Positions 36,757 to 49,195 of a stretch of 64,000 nucleotides of DNA are shown in pieces (within the stretch, counting starts at the first letter, position 1; every line of letters starts with the position of its first letter). The notes beneath the pieces were generated by a model that saw nothing but the letters and a program-made list of their open reading frames with translations, had not been told where the DNA came from and searched no databases. The position numbers and the translations under genes were made by a program. Source of the DNA: a virus. The DNA is taken from IMG/VR virus record IMGVR_UViG_3300046809_000224, positions 3,434-67,433 of that record; one strand, written 5' to 3'.

Positions 36757-37001
36757 ACGACAATGAAACAGAGGCCTGTTCTTCGTGTGGGTTAACGGTG
36801 GGCGAGACGAGGCTCCTTGTTTCCCTCAGAGATGGACAGACAGAGATCCCATACCCGAATGACGACATCCTTCGCCTCGTCGGCTGGGAAAAGTCTGACG
36901 GAGGCGGGATGCCGCGCATGCAAGCAATTAGCCGGTACAACGCCATAGCCTCGTTCGTTCTGGATGGAGTCGCATCGTCGTTTCCTGGAGTAAAAGCATG
37001 A
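36753..37001 (+). CDS. Hypothetical protein
   Basis: Coupled ORF. Confidence 0.5.
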   Translation: MNDNETEACSSCGLTVGETRLLVSLRDGQTEIPYPNDDILRLVGWEKSDGGGMPRMQAISRYNAIASFVLDGVASSFPGVKA

Positions 37002-37270
37002 TCAGTCGAGAAGAGTTTGAGTCTCACTGGGTGAGCGATGTTCCGCAGATGTATCGCGCGTCGGCGCTTGAGGAATTGAGGGCGAACCGCAGCGATGAGT
37101 TCGGCTATGGACGCGACGAATTGCGGTGGGCTTGGGACGCATGGCAGGAGTCCCGTCGCGTCGCCCTTCAGGAAATCGGATCGATCCTTATGGACCAGTC
37201 CATCCCTCATCTGGCTGTCCGCATGAATGACGCCATGAAACTGATCGATCAAACAGTTTTGCAGGCGTGA
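36998..37270 (+). CDS. Hypothetical protein
   Basis: SREEFE...AWDAWQESR motif. Confidence 0.6.
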   Translation: MISREEFESHWVSDVPQMYRASALEELRANRSDEFGYGRDELRWAWDAWQESRRVALQEIGSILMDQSIPHLAVRMNDAMKLIDQTVLQA

Positions 37271-37279
37271 AAATAGTTG

Positions 37280-37308
37280 TTGTAAACCCTTGCGTTCTTT
37301 CGTACACT
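37280..37308 (+). promoter_or_regulatory. pR'-like late promoter
   Basis: TTGTAA-17nt-TACACT. Confidence 0.6.
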
Positions 37309-37452
37309 GTGGACTTAGAGCAAGTAAATGACGTTTAGCCCGAGCCGGAATCGGATAGCGCAGACAGCCGCGAGTCCCCGGAAACCAGCAGACGCCCTCG
37401 ACATATAACGCTCCCAAAGATGTTTGATGGGATCGTGCGCTCAAAAATTCCC

Positions 37453-37490
37453 AAAGCCCTGCCCTAACCCGGCGGGGCTTTTTCGTTTCT
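37453..37490 (+). terminator. tR'-like terminator
   Basis: AAGCCCTGCC..GGCGGGGCTT plus T-tract, about 150 nt downstream of the promoter. Confidence 0.75.
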
Positions 37491-37497
37491 GGTCGCC

Positions 37498-37770
37498 ATG
37501 AAATTCCCCGAACCCCAAGAGTCCCGCGCTTATGGGAACCCGGAGGATGTCTATGCAGCCAAGCAAGCGGCAGAAGCTAACCGCGCCAGACGTGCGGCAG
37601 AGGCTGAGGCAAATGAGCCGATGGCCAGACGTCGAACGTTGACTGTCCGCAAGGGCTGGCATGCGCGCAAAGCCGCAGAACAACTTTTCGACTTCCCCGC
37701 TGGGGCCGGTGCAGTGTCGGCCGTCCCGTGCCCCACTCCCTCTGCAATGAGGGTCGAGCTGGTCGACTGA
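37498..37770 (+). CDS. Hypothetical protein
   Basis: ORF after tR'. Confidence 0.5.
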   Translation: MKFPEPQESRAYGNPEDVYAAKQAAEANRARRAAEAEANEPMARRRTLTVRKGWHARKAAEQLFDFPAGAGAVSAVPCPTPSAMRVELVD

Positions 37771-37788
37771 CGCCAGCGAGAATTTGAT

Positions 37789-37911
37789 ATGAACGCACAA
37801 GAGTTAATCGACAGCCTGGAGTTGGATCTGGAGCGCATGCGCGCCATCGATCCGGCGCTCAGGGCTTCGATGATCGCGCGGCTGGATGAGTTGCGTAAGG
37901 CAATGAAGTGA
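37789..37911 (+). CDS. Hypothetical 40-aa helical protein (not in ORF track)
   Basis: MNAQELIDSLELDLERMRAIDPALRASMIARLDELRKAMK. Confidence 0.45.
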   Translation: MNAQELIDSLELDLERMRAIDPALRASMIARLDELRKAMK

Positions 37912-38536
37912 CTGGCCTCCTGGAAAGCCTCACCTTTGGACCAATGCTCGCAGCAACATGGCACCTCGCATGCGCGCACGCACTCACCGGCTACACAGAA
38001 TGGCTGATAGACGTTTGCGAGCCGTTCGCTGCTGGTGGTGTGCTAGAGAGTTGATTGACGGCCGGCGTTGTTGCAGGCCGGAAGACAAGTTGGACTGATC
38101 CCCCGCTCCGCCGCCAGCTACGGTCGGCGTAGCAGTTTGATACGGGTGGTGGGGCACCAAAAGCGCCGATAGTACTAGGGTCTCGTCCACCCCTGCGGCA
38201 CAACGGACGGCTTTCATGCAGGCGCACTAAGCGCGGATACAGCAAGCCATGGCCTTCTGCGACACGCGGTGGGTTGATCCGGCCGGATTTGGGACTGCTC
38301 CGGGAGTGCGCCGCCATGAGGGTGACAGCCGCAATCGACCATTGATGTCCGCAGCGATCCCAGAACAATCCGCACACCGTGCGGGCGCCGGGTAGAGGAC
38401 ATTGCCGCAATGATGTGGCTCACTAGATTGCGCCGCCGCTTATGCAGATGGCAACCCGCAAACGGATGGGGCTCTGCCTGCTAGTCGCGGACTCCCTCAC
38501 CCATTCTCCTCGCTAGTAGCTTCCCCTGGCTACTCT

Positions 38537-38562
38537 GCCGTCTTCGGACGGCTTTTTTATTT
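38537..38562 (+). terminator. Intrinsic terminator
   Basis: GCCGTC-TTCG-GACGGC plus T-tract. Confidence 0.8.
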
Positions 38563-38572
38563 GGTGCGACCG

Positions 38573-38785
38573 ATGGCAACGCGAAAGAAAGCCGAACCCG
38601 TCGAGCGCACAGATATTTGCAAGGCATGCCGCTTCGCGCACTACGACCGCGCCGAAGGGCTGCACTGCAGACGGTATCCACCCGTCCACGTCTATGACGT
38701 CGCGACAGGCGTAACAGCCGTTCAGTGGCCGGAAGTCGATTCCGACATGTACTGCGGCGAGTTCAAAGCACAATTAAGCTCATAA
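38573..38785 (+). CDS. Small Cys-rich protein
   Basis: CKAC...CRRYPP...WP.V....CGEF. Confidence 0.7.
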   Translation: MATRKKAEPVERTDICKACRFAHYDRAEGLHCRRYPPVHVYDVATGVTAVQWPEVDSDMYCGEFKAQLSS

Positions 38786-38795
38786 GGGGAAGGCA

Positions 38796-39968
38796 GTGGC
38801 ACGACAATTTGACCCGCGTTTGCGAGAATTTGCCGATGCCCGGGAAATTTCCTTCCTCGAAGCCGTCGAGAAACACGGTAAGCCCACGCACGCAGCGAAA
38901 GCGCTTGGCATCCATCACAGCGTTCTGATTCGCGCTCTGGAGAATCTGGAGAGGCGGGCAGCGAAGATGGGGTATGCGCCGGCGCATGATATGACGCACA
39001 CGGTTCCTGATGGATTCCGCGTCAAGGGTACGTCGACGGCCTACACGGCTGACGGCATTGCCATTCAGTGGGTCAAGACTGAGCGGGACGGCAACCGGGC
39101 GGAAGAGATCGCCCGCGAGGCTATCGCCGTCCTGACTGAGTCCGTGCAAGGTCTCGCGCCTCTCACTGCTGCGCCGGCCTATTCGCAGCCTGACATTCTG
39201 GCCGTCTACCCTTTTGGGGATCCGCATGTCGGCCTGTACACCTGGGCCAAGGAATGCGGCAACGACTTCGATCTGGAGATCGGCCGCAAGCTCACGCTCG
39301 GCGCAGTTGACCGCTTGGTGGCATCGGCGCCCGCCGCAGAGACAGCGATTCTGCTGCTTCTCGGCGACGTGTACCACATGAACGATCAGACAAACCAGAC
39401 TCCGGCGCACCGGCATCAGCTCGATGTCGACTCGCGCTTCGTCAAGGTCTTGCAGGTTGGCATCGAGACATACCGGCACGCGATACTCCGCGCCCTACAG
39501 AAACACAAGCGCGTGATCGTCAAGGCAGTGCCTGGCAATCACGATCCGCAGGCAATCTGGGCGCTCGCGTTCACGCTGGCTGCCTACTTCTCGAGCGAGC
39601 CGCGGGTTGAGGTCGATCTAGGCCCTTCGAAGTTCTGGTACTTCAAGTTCGGCAAAGTGCTGATTGGGTCCACGCATGGTGATACAGCCAAGCACGAACA
39701 ACTCGGCGGCATCATGGCATGTGACCGCGCAGAGGACTGGGGCGCAACGAAGCATCGGTACTGGTACACCGGCCACGTGCATTCCAAGGGCGTGAAGGAA
39801 CTACCTGGCGTCGTCTGTGAGTCGTTCCGGACGCTCGCCGCACAGGATGCCTACGCCGCCGGCCATGGCTACCGTGCTGGCCGGGACATGTGCTGCATCG
39901 TTCATCACCGCGAACATGGCGAGATCGAGCGGCATCGTTGCGATGTGGGAATGTTGGAGGCCGCATGA
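38796..39968 (+). CDS. HTH plus calcineurin-like metallophosphoesterase
   Basis: AAKALGI HTH; GDPH, GDVYH, GNHD, HGD, GHVH. Confidence 0.85.
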   Translation: MARQFDPRLREFADAREISFLEAVEKHGKPTHAAKALGIHHSVLIRALENLERRAAKMGYAPAHDMTHTVPDGFRVKGTSTAYTADGIAIQWVKTERDGNRAEEIAREAIAVLTESVQGLAPLTAAPAYSQPDILAVYPFGDPHVGLYTWAKECGNDFDLEIGRKLTLGAVDRLVASAPAAETAILLLLGDVYHMNDQTNQTPAHRHQLDVDSRFVKVLQVGIETYRHAILRALQKHKRVIVKAVPGNHDPQAIWALAFTLAAYFSSEPRVEVDLGPSKFWYFKFGKVLIGSTHGDTAKHEQLGGIMACDRAEDWGATKHRYWYTGHVHSKGVKELPGVVCESFRTLAAQDAYAAGHGYRAGRDMCCIVHHREHGEIERHRCDVGMLEAA

Positions 39969-40261
39969 CTGAAGCCGAAACCGAAATGCTGGCCCTTCTG
40001 CGTGATCTAGTGCGCGCGACAAAGCACATGGCCGATCTCGTAACCGAGATGTCGGCGCGCCTTGAAAGAAACACTCAGGTTCGCGTACATTTGAATGGCG
40101 AAGTACCGACGCAGCCGATTGTGTGGCCGACGCCGCTCGATCGACCGAAGCTCAATTGTGGCAAGTGCGGAATCGCCTTGGGAGATGTGATGAGCTATTG
40201 CTGCCCACAGGCCGATTGCCCTTGCGGCTTGGGCGGGTTCTCATGCAAGGCAGCCGCATGA
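39965..40261 (+). CDS. Hypothetical protein with C-terminal Zn motif
   Basis: CGKC...CPQADCP; GGAGG RBS. Confidence 0.55.
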   Translation: MTEAETEMLALLRDLVRATKHMADLVTEMSARLERNTQVRVHLNGEVPTQPIVWPTPLDRPKLNCGKCGIALGDVMSYCCPQADCPCGLGGFSCKAAA

Positions 40262-40347
40262 TCTCCCCCGCCACCCTATCCCTCGCCTACTGCATCCTGC
40301 TCGCGGCGATTGTGATTGTGCCGCCGAGATATTGAACTGAGACCGGA

Positions 40348-40707
40348 ATGACCTATCCCAACACTCAGAACGCCAGCGCAGGCGCAATCCCCGTCTACAT
40401 CGTCTCGCAACCAACCAGCGGGCCGTGGCCGAACAGCCAGAGCAAGGCAAACGGCGCGATCCCGGTTGTATTCGTCGCGCAGCCTGGTTCGGGTCCATGG
40501 CCCAACGACCAGTCCAAGGCGGCCGGAGCAATCCCAGTTCGCGTCGTGAGCGCACCGACAGGCAACGGGCCGTTCTCGGACGATCAGGGTGCAAACACGG
40601 GCGCGATTCCCGTCTGGGACGCAACGAGTTTGCCCGCGCACGCAGCGACGTATCCGAATGCGCAGAACAAGGCCGGTGGGGCCATTCCCGTATGGCGGGT
40701 GAATTGA
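40348..40707 (+). CDS. Five-repeat PNxQxxAxGAIPV protein
   Basis: Entire 119-aa ORF consists of five ~24-aa repeats. Confidence 0.75.
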   Translation: MTYPNTQNASAGAIPVYIVSQPTSGPWPNSQSKANGAIPVVFVAQPGSGPWPNDQSKAAGAIPVRVVSAPTGNGPFSDDQGANTGAIPVWDATSLPAHAATYPNAQNKAGGAIPVWRVN

Positions 40708-40759
40708 GGCAGAAGTCTCAACCACTCGCTCTGGCAAAAGTTGAATTAACCTAAACACT

Positions 40760-41446
40760 ATGGCGCAAGAAAGAAAAGCCGCGCCGGACTGGGAAAGGAT
40801 CGAAGCCGACTATCGCGCGGGCGTGCTATCCCTTCGGGAAATGGCGGCAACCCACGGAATCACCGAAGGGGCTATTCGCAAGCGTGCAAAGCGCGACGAA
40901 TGGGTGCGCGACCTCGCCGCAAAGGTGCAGGCAAAGGCCGACGCACTGGTACGCAAAGAGGAAGTACGCAGCGCGGTACGCGCGGAAAGTGCGTACTCAG
41001 AGCGCGATATTGTGGAAGCAGGAGCTGAGGCGATTGCCCGCATTCGTTTGGCGCATCGGAGTGACATATCCCGGTCCCGTGCGCTGGCTATGTCCCTCCT
41101 CGGTGAACTGGAAACGCAGACCGCCAACCTCGAATTATTCGAGCAGCTTGGCGATATTCTCCGTTCCGACGACGAGCGCGGTCAGGATAGGCGCAACGAC
41201 ATCTATCAGAAAGTCATCTCTAGCGCTGGCCGGATTGATGGGATGAAGAAGCTGTCCGATACGCTGAAAACGCTAATCGGGTTGGAGCGCGAGGCATACG
41301 GCCTGGTGGAGGCGCAAAAGGTTGAGCTAACCGGCAAGAACGGTGGCCCGATAGAAACGCGGCGCGCCCAGGAAATGACTGATGACGAACTCGCCGCTTT
41401 CCTTACAGCAGGCGGCGCAGGAACTATGGATCCGCCGCAGGGCTAG
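40760..41446 (+). CDS. Terminase small subunit
   Basis: PDWERIEADYRAG.LSLRE HTH; KVELTGKNGGPI; precedes TerL. Confidence 0.85.
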   Translation: MAQERKAAPDWERIEADYRAGVLSLREMAATHGITEGAIRKRAKRDEWVRDLAAKVQAKADALVRKEEVRSAVRAESAYSERDIVEAGAEAIARIRLAHRSDISRSRALAMSLLGELETQTANLELFEQLGDILRSDDERGQDRRNDIYQKVISSAGRIDGMKKLSDTLKTLIGLEREAYGLVEAQKVELTGKNGGPIETRRAQEMTDDELAAFLTAGGAGTMDPPQG

Positions 41447-42926
41447 AGAGGACGTACTCTCTTACGCTCAGGCCATTGAAATCCCCGGCAAGCCAGCCGG
41501 CGAAGACCCTGATACGGAGTTCTTCGAGCCCATCGAATCGTCGATGGCGCAGCACCACCGGCTCATTCTCGAGACGATGGAGCGGGTCAGCAAGACGCCA
41601 CACGGCCGGGCGATGTTCTTTATGCCGCCTGGTTCGGCGAAGTCGACGTATGCATCGGTGGTGTTTCCCTCCCGCTATCTCGGTGCGGAGAAGAATCGCA
41701 AGGTCATTCTCGCCAGCTACGGTGATGACCTCGCGCGCAAGATGGGCCGCCGCACCCGCTCGATCATCAAGCAGAAGCGGTTCAAGGGAATCTTCAATTG
41801 CGAGCTGACGACTGAATCGTCTGCTGCGCAAGAGTTCTCTCTAACGAACGGTAGCGAATATATCGCGACCGGCATTCTCGGTGGCGTCACGGGTAACCGC
41901 GCCAACGGCATCATCATTGATGACCCGGTGAAAGGCCGCGAACAGGCCGACTCGCCGACGATCCGCGACAAGACTTGGGATGCGTATAACGATGACCTCA
42001 AGACTCGCCTGATCCCCGGCGGCTGGGTCGTCATCATCCAGACTCGCTGGCACGAAGACGACCTCGCCGGCCGCATCCTTCCGGAAGACTGGAAAGGCGA
42101 AAGCGGCCCGATCATGTGCCGCGACGGCAACGTCTGGGAAGTCGTCTGTCTGCAGGCGCGCTGCGAAGTCCAGAACGATCCGCTCGGTCGAAAAATCGGC
42201 GAATACCTCTGGCCGCAATGGTTCACGGAAAAGCACTGGGCGCAGTTTCAGAACAACGTCCGCACGTGGGCATCGCTCTATCAGCAGTTGCCGCGTCCGC
42301 TTGAAGGAACGCTGTTCAAGGTCGAAAACATGCTGGTCGACGGCGCTCCGGTGCCGTGGCCGCAGCGCTGCGATTATGTGTTCGCCGTCCTCGACTCCGC
42401 TCTCAAGGCGGGCGACAAGAACGATGGCACGGGCGTGACCTACTTCGCCCGCAATCGCCACATCGGGCACAAGCTGATCATTCTCGATTGGGACATAACC
42501 CAGATCGAGAGCGACCTGATCGCCGAGTGGTTTCCACACGTAATGTCGCGAGTCGAGGAACTGGCGAGGCTATGCGGCGCACGCATGGGCAGTGCCGGGA
42601 GTTTTGTTGAGGACAAGGGTAGCGGTATCACCCTGCTTCAGCGCGCGGCACGTAGCGCATGGCCGGCTCAGGCTATCGACAGCAAGTTGACCTCAATGAG
42701 CAAAGACGCCCGCGGCACAGGCGTGTCCGATTTTGTCCATAGCGGCGACGTGAAGATCAGTGAGCACGCCTACAACAAGATCGTTGAGTACAAGGGCCGC
42801 TCGCAAAACCACTTCCTTAGCCAGTTCTTTGGCTATCGACTCGGCATTCCAAATCAGGCTGACGACCTCTACGACACGGGCGTCTACGGCATCGCAATCG
42901 GCCTCGGCGACAGCGATGGTCTGTAA
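41382..42926 (+). CDS. Terminase large subunit
   Basis: MPPGSAKST Walker A, IIIDDP Walker B, TRWHEDDL, SLYQQ.P, C-terminal nuclease DD. Confidence 0.95.
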   Translation: MTNSPLSLQQAAQELWIRRRAREDVLSYAQAIEIPGKPAGEDPDTEFFEPIESSMAQHHRLILETMERVSKTPHGRAMFFMPPGSAKSTYASVVFPSRYLGAEKNRKVILASYGDDLARKMGRRTRSIIKQKRFKGIFNCELTTESSAAQEFSLTNGSEYIATGILGGVTGNRANGIIIDDPVKGREQADSPTIRDKTWDAYNDDLKTRLIPGGWVVIIQTRWHEDDLAGRILPEDWKGESGPIMCRDGNVWEVVCLQARCEVQNDPLGRKIGEYLWPQWFTEKHWAQFQNNVRTWASLYQQLPRPLEGTLFKVENMLVDGAPVPWPQRCDYVFAVLDSALKAGDKNDGTGVTYFARNRHIGHKLIILDWDITQIESDLIAEWFPHVMSRVEELARLCGARMGSAGSFVEDKGSGITLLQRAARSAWPAQAIDSKLTSMSKDARGTGVSDFVHSGDVKISEHAYNKIVEYKGRSQNHFLSQFFGYRLGIPNQADDLYDTGVYGIAIGLGDSDGL

Positions 42927-42944
42927 ATAATCCACGGTAACCAA

Positions 42945-44359
42945 ATGGCTGAAATCACAATCGAAGGCTCCAAGCTGTCCTCGAGCCTGGTCGATCTGCT
43001 GATGGCTGACGACTTGGTGCCGGGCGCAGAGCCGGGTTATCAGCTGTGCAAGCAGATATACGCGTTCCATCCCTTGGGTGGAAAGATCGTCGACCAGCCG
43101 ATCCAGTTGGCGATGAGTCAGCCGCGCAAGATTTCGATTCCCAATAGCCCGGAAGAGCCGGTGCGGGATGCGTTCGTGCGTAAGTGGCGCGAGATCAACG
43201 CCGACAGCTACATCGCGAACACGGCGCGTCTCGGAAAAATCTACGGCGCATCGGCGATTGTCTGCGGTGCGAAAGACGTCGACACTACGTCACCCATCGA
43301 TCTGAGCAAGATCTCCGCCCAGCAGTTCTACTTCAACGCGCTCGACCCGCTGAACACCGCGGGATCGTTGGTGCTGAATCAGGACCCCAACGCGCCGGAC
43401 TTTCAGAAGCCGACGATGATCACGGCTGCCGGACAGGAATATCACCCTTCTCGCACCTGCGTCTGGTTCAACGAAGCGCCGCTTTACATCGAGTACACGA
43501 GCTCGGCATTCGGCTATACAGGGCGCTCCGTCTTCCAGCGCGCTCTCTTCCCGTTGAAGTCATTCGTGCAGACGATGATTGCCGACGATATGGTCTCGCG
43601 CAAAGTCGGCGTGCTTGTCGCCAAGATGAAGCCGGCGGGATCGATCGCCGACAGAGCGATGGCAGTTTTGCAAGGGATCAAGCGCAACGTCGTCAAGGAA
43701 GCGCAGACGAACAACGTCATCAATATTGCGACGGACGAAGCGATCGAGACGCTGAACCTGCTCAATGCAGACGGAGCGCTCACGACGTCTCGCAAGAACA
43801 TTCTCGAGAACATTGCCGCGGCTGTACCGCAGCCAGCGAAGATGCTTAATTCCGAATCGTATGCGGAAGGGTTCGGCGAAGGGACTGAGGACGCGAAGGA
43901 AATCGTCCGGTACATCGACAACGAGCGGCTGAAGATGCAGCCGCTTTACGATTTCTTCGACAACATCGTCATGCACCTGGCATGGACGCCTGAGTTCTTC
44001 GCGACGATCCAGAAGACGATCCCGGAATACAAAAAGCTCACATACGAGCAGGCTTTCTATCAGTGGAAGAACGCGTTCACTGCTGAATGGCCGTCTTTGC
44101 TTGTCGAGCCGGAATCGAAGCTGGTTGAGGTTGAGGATGTCAAGCTCAAAAGCATCATCGCGGCGCTCGAAGTCCTGAGGCCGGACCTCGACCCGGACAA
44201 CCTGGCACGTCTGATCGAGTGGGCGGCCAACAACATCAACGAATCGAAGCACCTGTTTTCGAATCCTCTCGTGCTGGACTACGATGATTTAAAGAACTAC
44301 GTTCCACCTACGCCAGACAAAGAACCCAACGAGCCGGCGCCCTTCTCGCGCGAATCCTG

Positions 44360-44360
<1 letters not shown>
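42945..44360 (+). CDS. Portal protein (DUF1073-like)
   Basis: Position after TerL, size, YHPSR and G.SV motifs. Confidence 0.85.
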
Positions 44361-47120
<2,760 letters not shown>

Positions 47121-47140
47121 CTGCAGTAGTCGCTAACACG

Positions 47141-47170
47141 AGGCCCGCCACTGAGCGGGCTTTTTTCATT
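47141..47170 (+). terminator. Intrinsic terminator
   Basis: GCCCGC..GCGGGC plus T6. Confidence 0.75.
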
Positions 47171-47185
47171 TCAGGATAGGAAAAC

Positions 47186-48070
47186 ATGGCACTCAATACG
47201 CCTTTCTACCCGTACGCGACTACGAATGCTCAAGGTTCGTTCTCGGTACAAAGCGCTGGCTACGTTCAGGGCGTCTATCAGGACGCTCCGGCCACGCGCT
47301 ACTCGCTCGCAGTCGGCACTGTCTCCGCAAGCGCAACTCGCCCGATGTGGGGCGGCATGGCCATCTCCGAGAGCATCGCTCCCGCATCGGGATATGACCG
47401 CACCCTCGGCGGCACGATCGTCGAGGCGTCGGCTGTTGCGAACATCACCGGCTTCACGGTTTTCAACAACGCCTATGCGTGGGTTGGTTCGCCGTCGAGC
47501 CCAGTTCCGACCGCTGGTGCTGCTGGCATGTCGGTGCCGTTCTTCCGTCTTGGCTCGGGTATTGCGATTCCGGTCGCCATGGACCCGTCGCTCGTGTCGC
47601 TGGACGGCAGCCTGATCACCAGCCAGGTGTCGTGGGACTTCAACAACCAGGTTCTGCAGCCGTATGACGCAGCAACGGCGACCTACTCGGTCACCTCTGC
47701 AACGTCGTCGTACTCGAACGGCGTGTACACGATCGCTATCGTGATGGCTGCGGCCTCGCCGGTTGCTGGCGTGGGCGACTTCATCAACATCAGCGGCGTG
47801 ACCGGCACGGGCGCATCGCTCGTGAACGGCAACCAGACCGTTTCGGCATTCACCGACAACCAGCACTTCTCGATCCAGATCACCGCTGGCTCGGGTTCGA
47901 TCGCGACGGGCGCGCTGTCGGGCACGATCGTACTCAACTACGGCACGGGTGCACTCCCCGTCAAGATCCTGGACATCAACGCTGGCAACAGCATGACTGT
48001 CTCCTACAACGCAACCACCGGCGCAGCTACCTGGAATCGTCAAGGTTACGCGGCCCTTATCCAGCTCTAA
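47186..48070 (+). CDS. Capsid decoration/cement protein with inserted beta domain
   Basis: Between scaffold and MCP genes; PMWGGMAISE, FFRLGSG. Confidence 0.7.
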   Translation: MALNTPFYPYATTNAQGSFSVQSAGYVQGVYQDAPATRYSLAVGTVSASATRPMWGGMAISESIAPASGYDRTLGGTIVEASAVANITGFTVFNNAYAWVGSPSSPVPTAGAAGMSVPFFRLGSGIAIPVAMDPSLVSLDGSLITSQVSWDFNNQVLQPYDAATATYSVTSATSSYSNGVYTIAIVMAAASPVAGVGDFINISGVTGTGASLVNGNQTVSAFTDNQHFSIQITAGSGSIATGALSGTIVLNYGTGALPVKILDINAGNSMTVSYNATTGAATWNRQGYAALIQL

Positions 48071-48079
48071 GGACAAAAA

Positions 48080-49099
48080 ATGGCCAATATCGTACCGGCA
48101 CAAATCCGGGTCAACCCGTCGTATGTGGTTCCCGAACTCCTCCTGCAATACCAACAGGCATCGGGTGCTTTCGACACGATCGCAACCGGCGATCCGCTCG
48201 TCCGTCTTGGCGAGGGCGATCTCGCCGTCTACATCAAGCGTCTCGACGTCCGCACGCAGGTCCAGACCGGCCAGTTCGTTGCCAATGCGTTGCCGAGCTG
48301 CACGGTGGTCTACAACGAAATCAGCACGCCGACGTACATGATCCGTTCGCGCGCTGAGTATGACCACCACGACACGGCTGCTCTCGGCCGCGTTGGCGCG
48401 TCGACCGTCGAGGCGCACCGTCTGGCAATGCGTCAGGGCACGTTCCAGCAACAGCGGAATCTGCTGCTGTATGGCGCGAACCCGGCAAACGGCGAAGGTC
48501 TGCTCAACGCGAACGGCGCGACGGCACTGAACCTGCCGGCTGACCCGAACGGCAACACGTCGATCTCGACGTATGACAACGGCGCGTTGGCGTTCTTCCT
48601 CGCACAGCAGATCGCTGCGATCAAGACGCGCACGATGACGGTTGGCGTCCCGGCACGATTCACGGTGCTGACGACCCAGCGCATCATGCAGGCGATCAGC
48701 TACTACGGCATCGTGCAACTCACGCAGTTCCAGCGTGAAGGCGCAGGCTCGAAGTCGATCCGCGGCCTCGTGGATGACGTCGCCGGCTGGAACAAGGACG
48801 AGATCACCTGGACTTGCGATGACACGCTCATCGGCAAGGGCGCAGGCGGTACCGACCTGATCATCATTTCCATGCCGGAAGTGAAGAAGAACCGCGTGAA
48901 CAAGATCAACACGAACGTGTTTGCCGAACTCACGCCGGGCCTCGACGCATGCTCGCTTCAGCTTGTCGACCGTGCTGCTCCGACCGAAATCATCGCCCCG
49001 CTCCCCGCTGGTGCTGTTGACGTTGTGTCGGAACTGCGCTCGACGTCGGGCTGGGCGCCGCGTCCGGAAGCCATCACGCTGGTTAGCGCTGGCTTCTAA
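48080..49099 (+). CDS. Major capsid protein
   Basis: 339 aa; LLYG....GEGLLN motif; position. Confidence 0.85.
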   Translation: MANIVPAQIRVNPSYVVPELLLQYQQASGAFDTIATGDPLVRLGEGDLAVYIKRLDVRTQVQTGQFVANALPSCTVVYNEISTPTYMIRSRAEYDHHDTAALGRVGASTVEAHRLAMRQGTFQQQRNLLLYGANPANGEGLLNANGATALNLPADPNGNTSISTYDNGALAFFLAQQIAAIKTRTMTVGVPARFTVLTTQRIMQAISYYGIVQLTQFQREGAGSKSIRGLVDDVAGWNKDEITWTCDDTLIGKGAGGTDLIIISMPEVKKNRVNKINTNVFAELTPGLDACSLQLVDRAAPTEIIAPLPAGAVDVVSELRSTSGWAPRPEAITLVSAGF

Positions 49100-49105
49100 A
49101 CGGTC

Positions 49106-49190
49106 AGCTCGCGGATAGGTTGCGCAACTGACAAGCACGCCCCCTGTCGTGTTTCCGCGGGCTCCAATACAGGGACTTAACTAACAGGGA
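49106..49190 (+). ncRNA. Three-way-junction structured RNA (c4/c4-2-like) in the leader of 49196
   Basis: P1 AGCTCGCGGA/TCCGCGGGCT, P2 GGTT/AACT, P3 AAGCACG/CGTGTTT with loop CCCCCTGT; ACAGGG twice downstream. Confidence 0.6.
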
Positions 49191-49195
49191 ATACC

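Noticed and set aside
37912-38560. tRNA cluster
   Set aside because: No T-loop GTTCRA with a cloverleaf found by eye
47171-49138. Long antisense ORFs (655 aa here; also 5351..6187, 45756..46751, 60571..61314)
   Set aside because: Reverse-frame artefacts of GC-rich, codon-biased structural genes; no RBS or motifs
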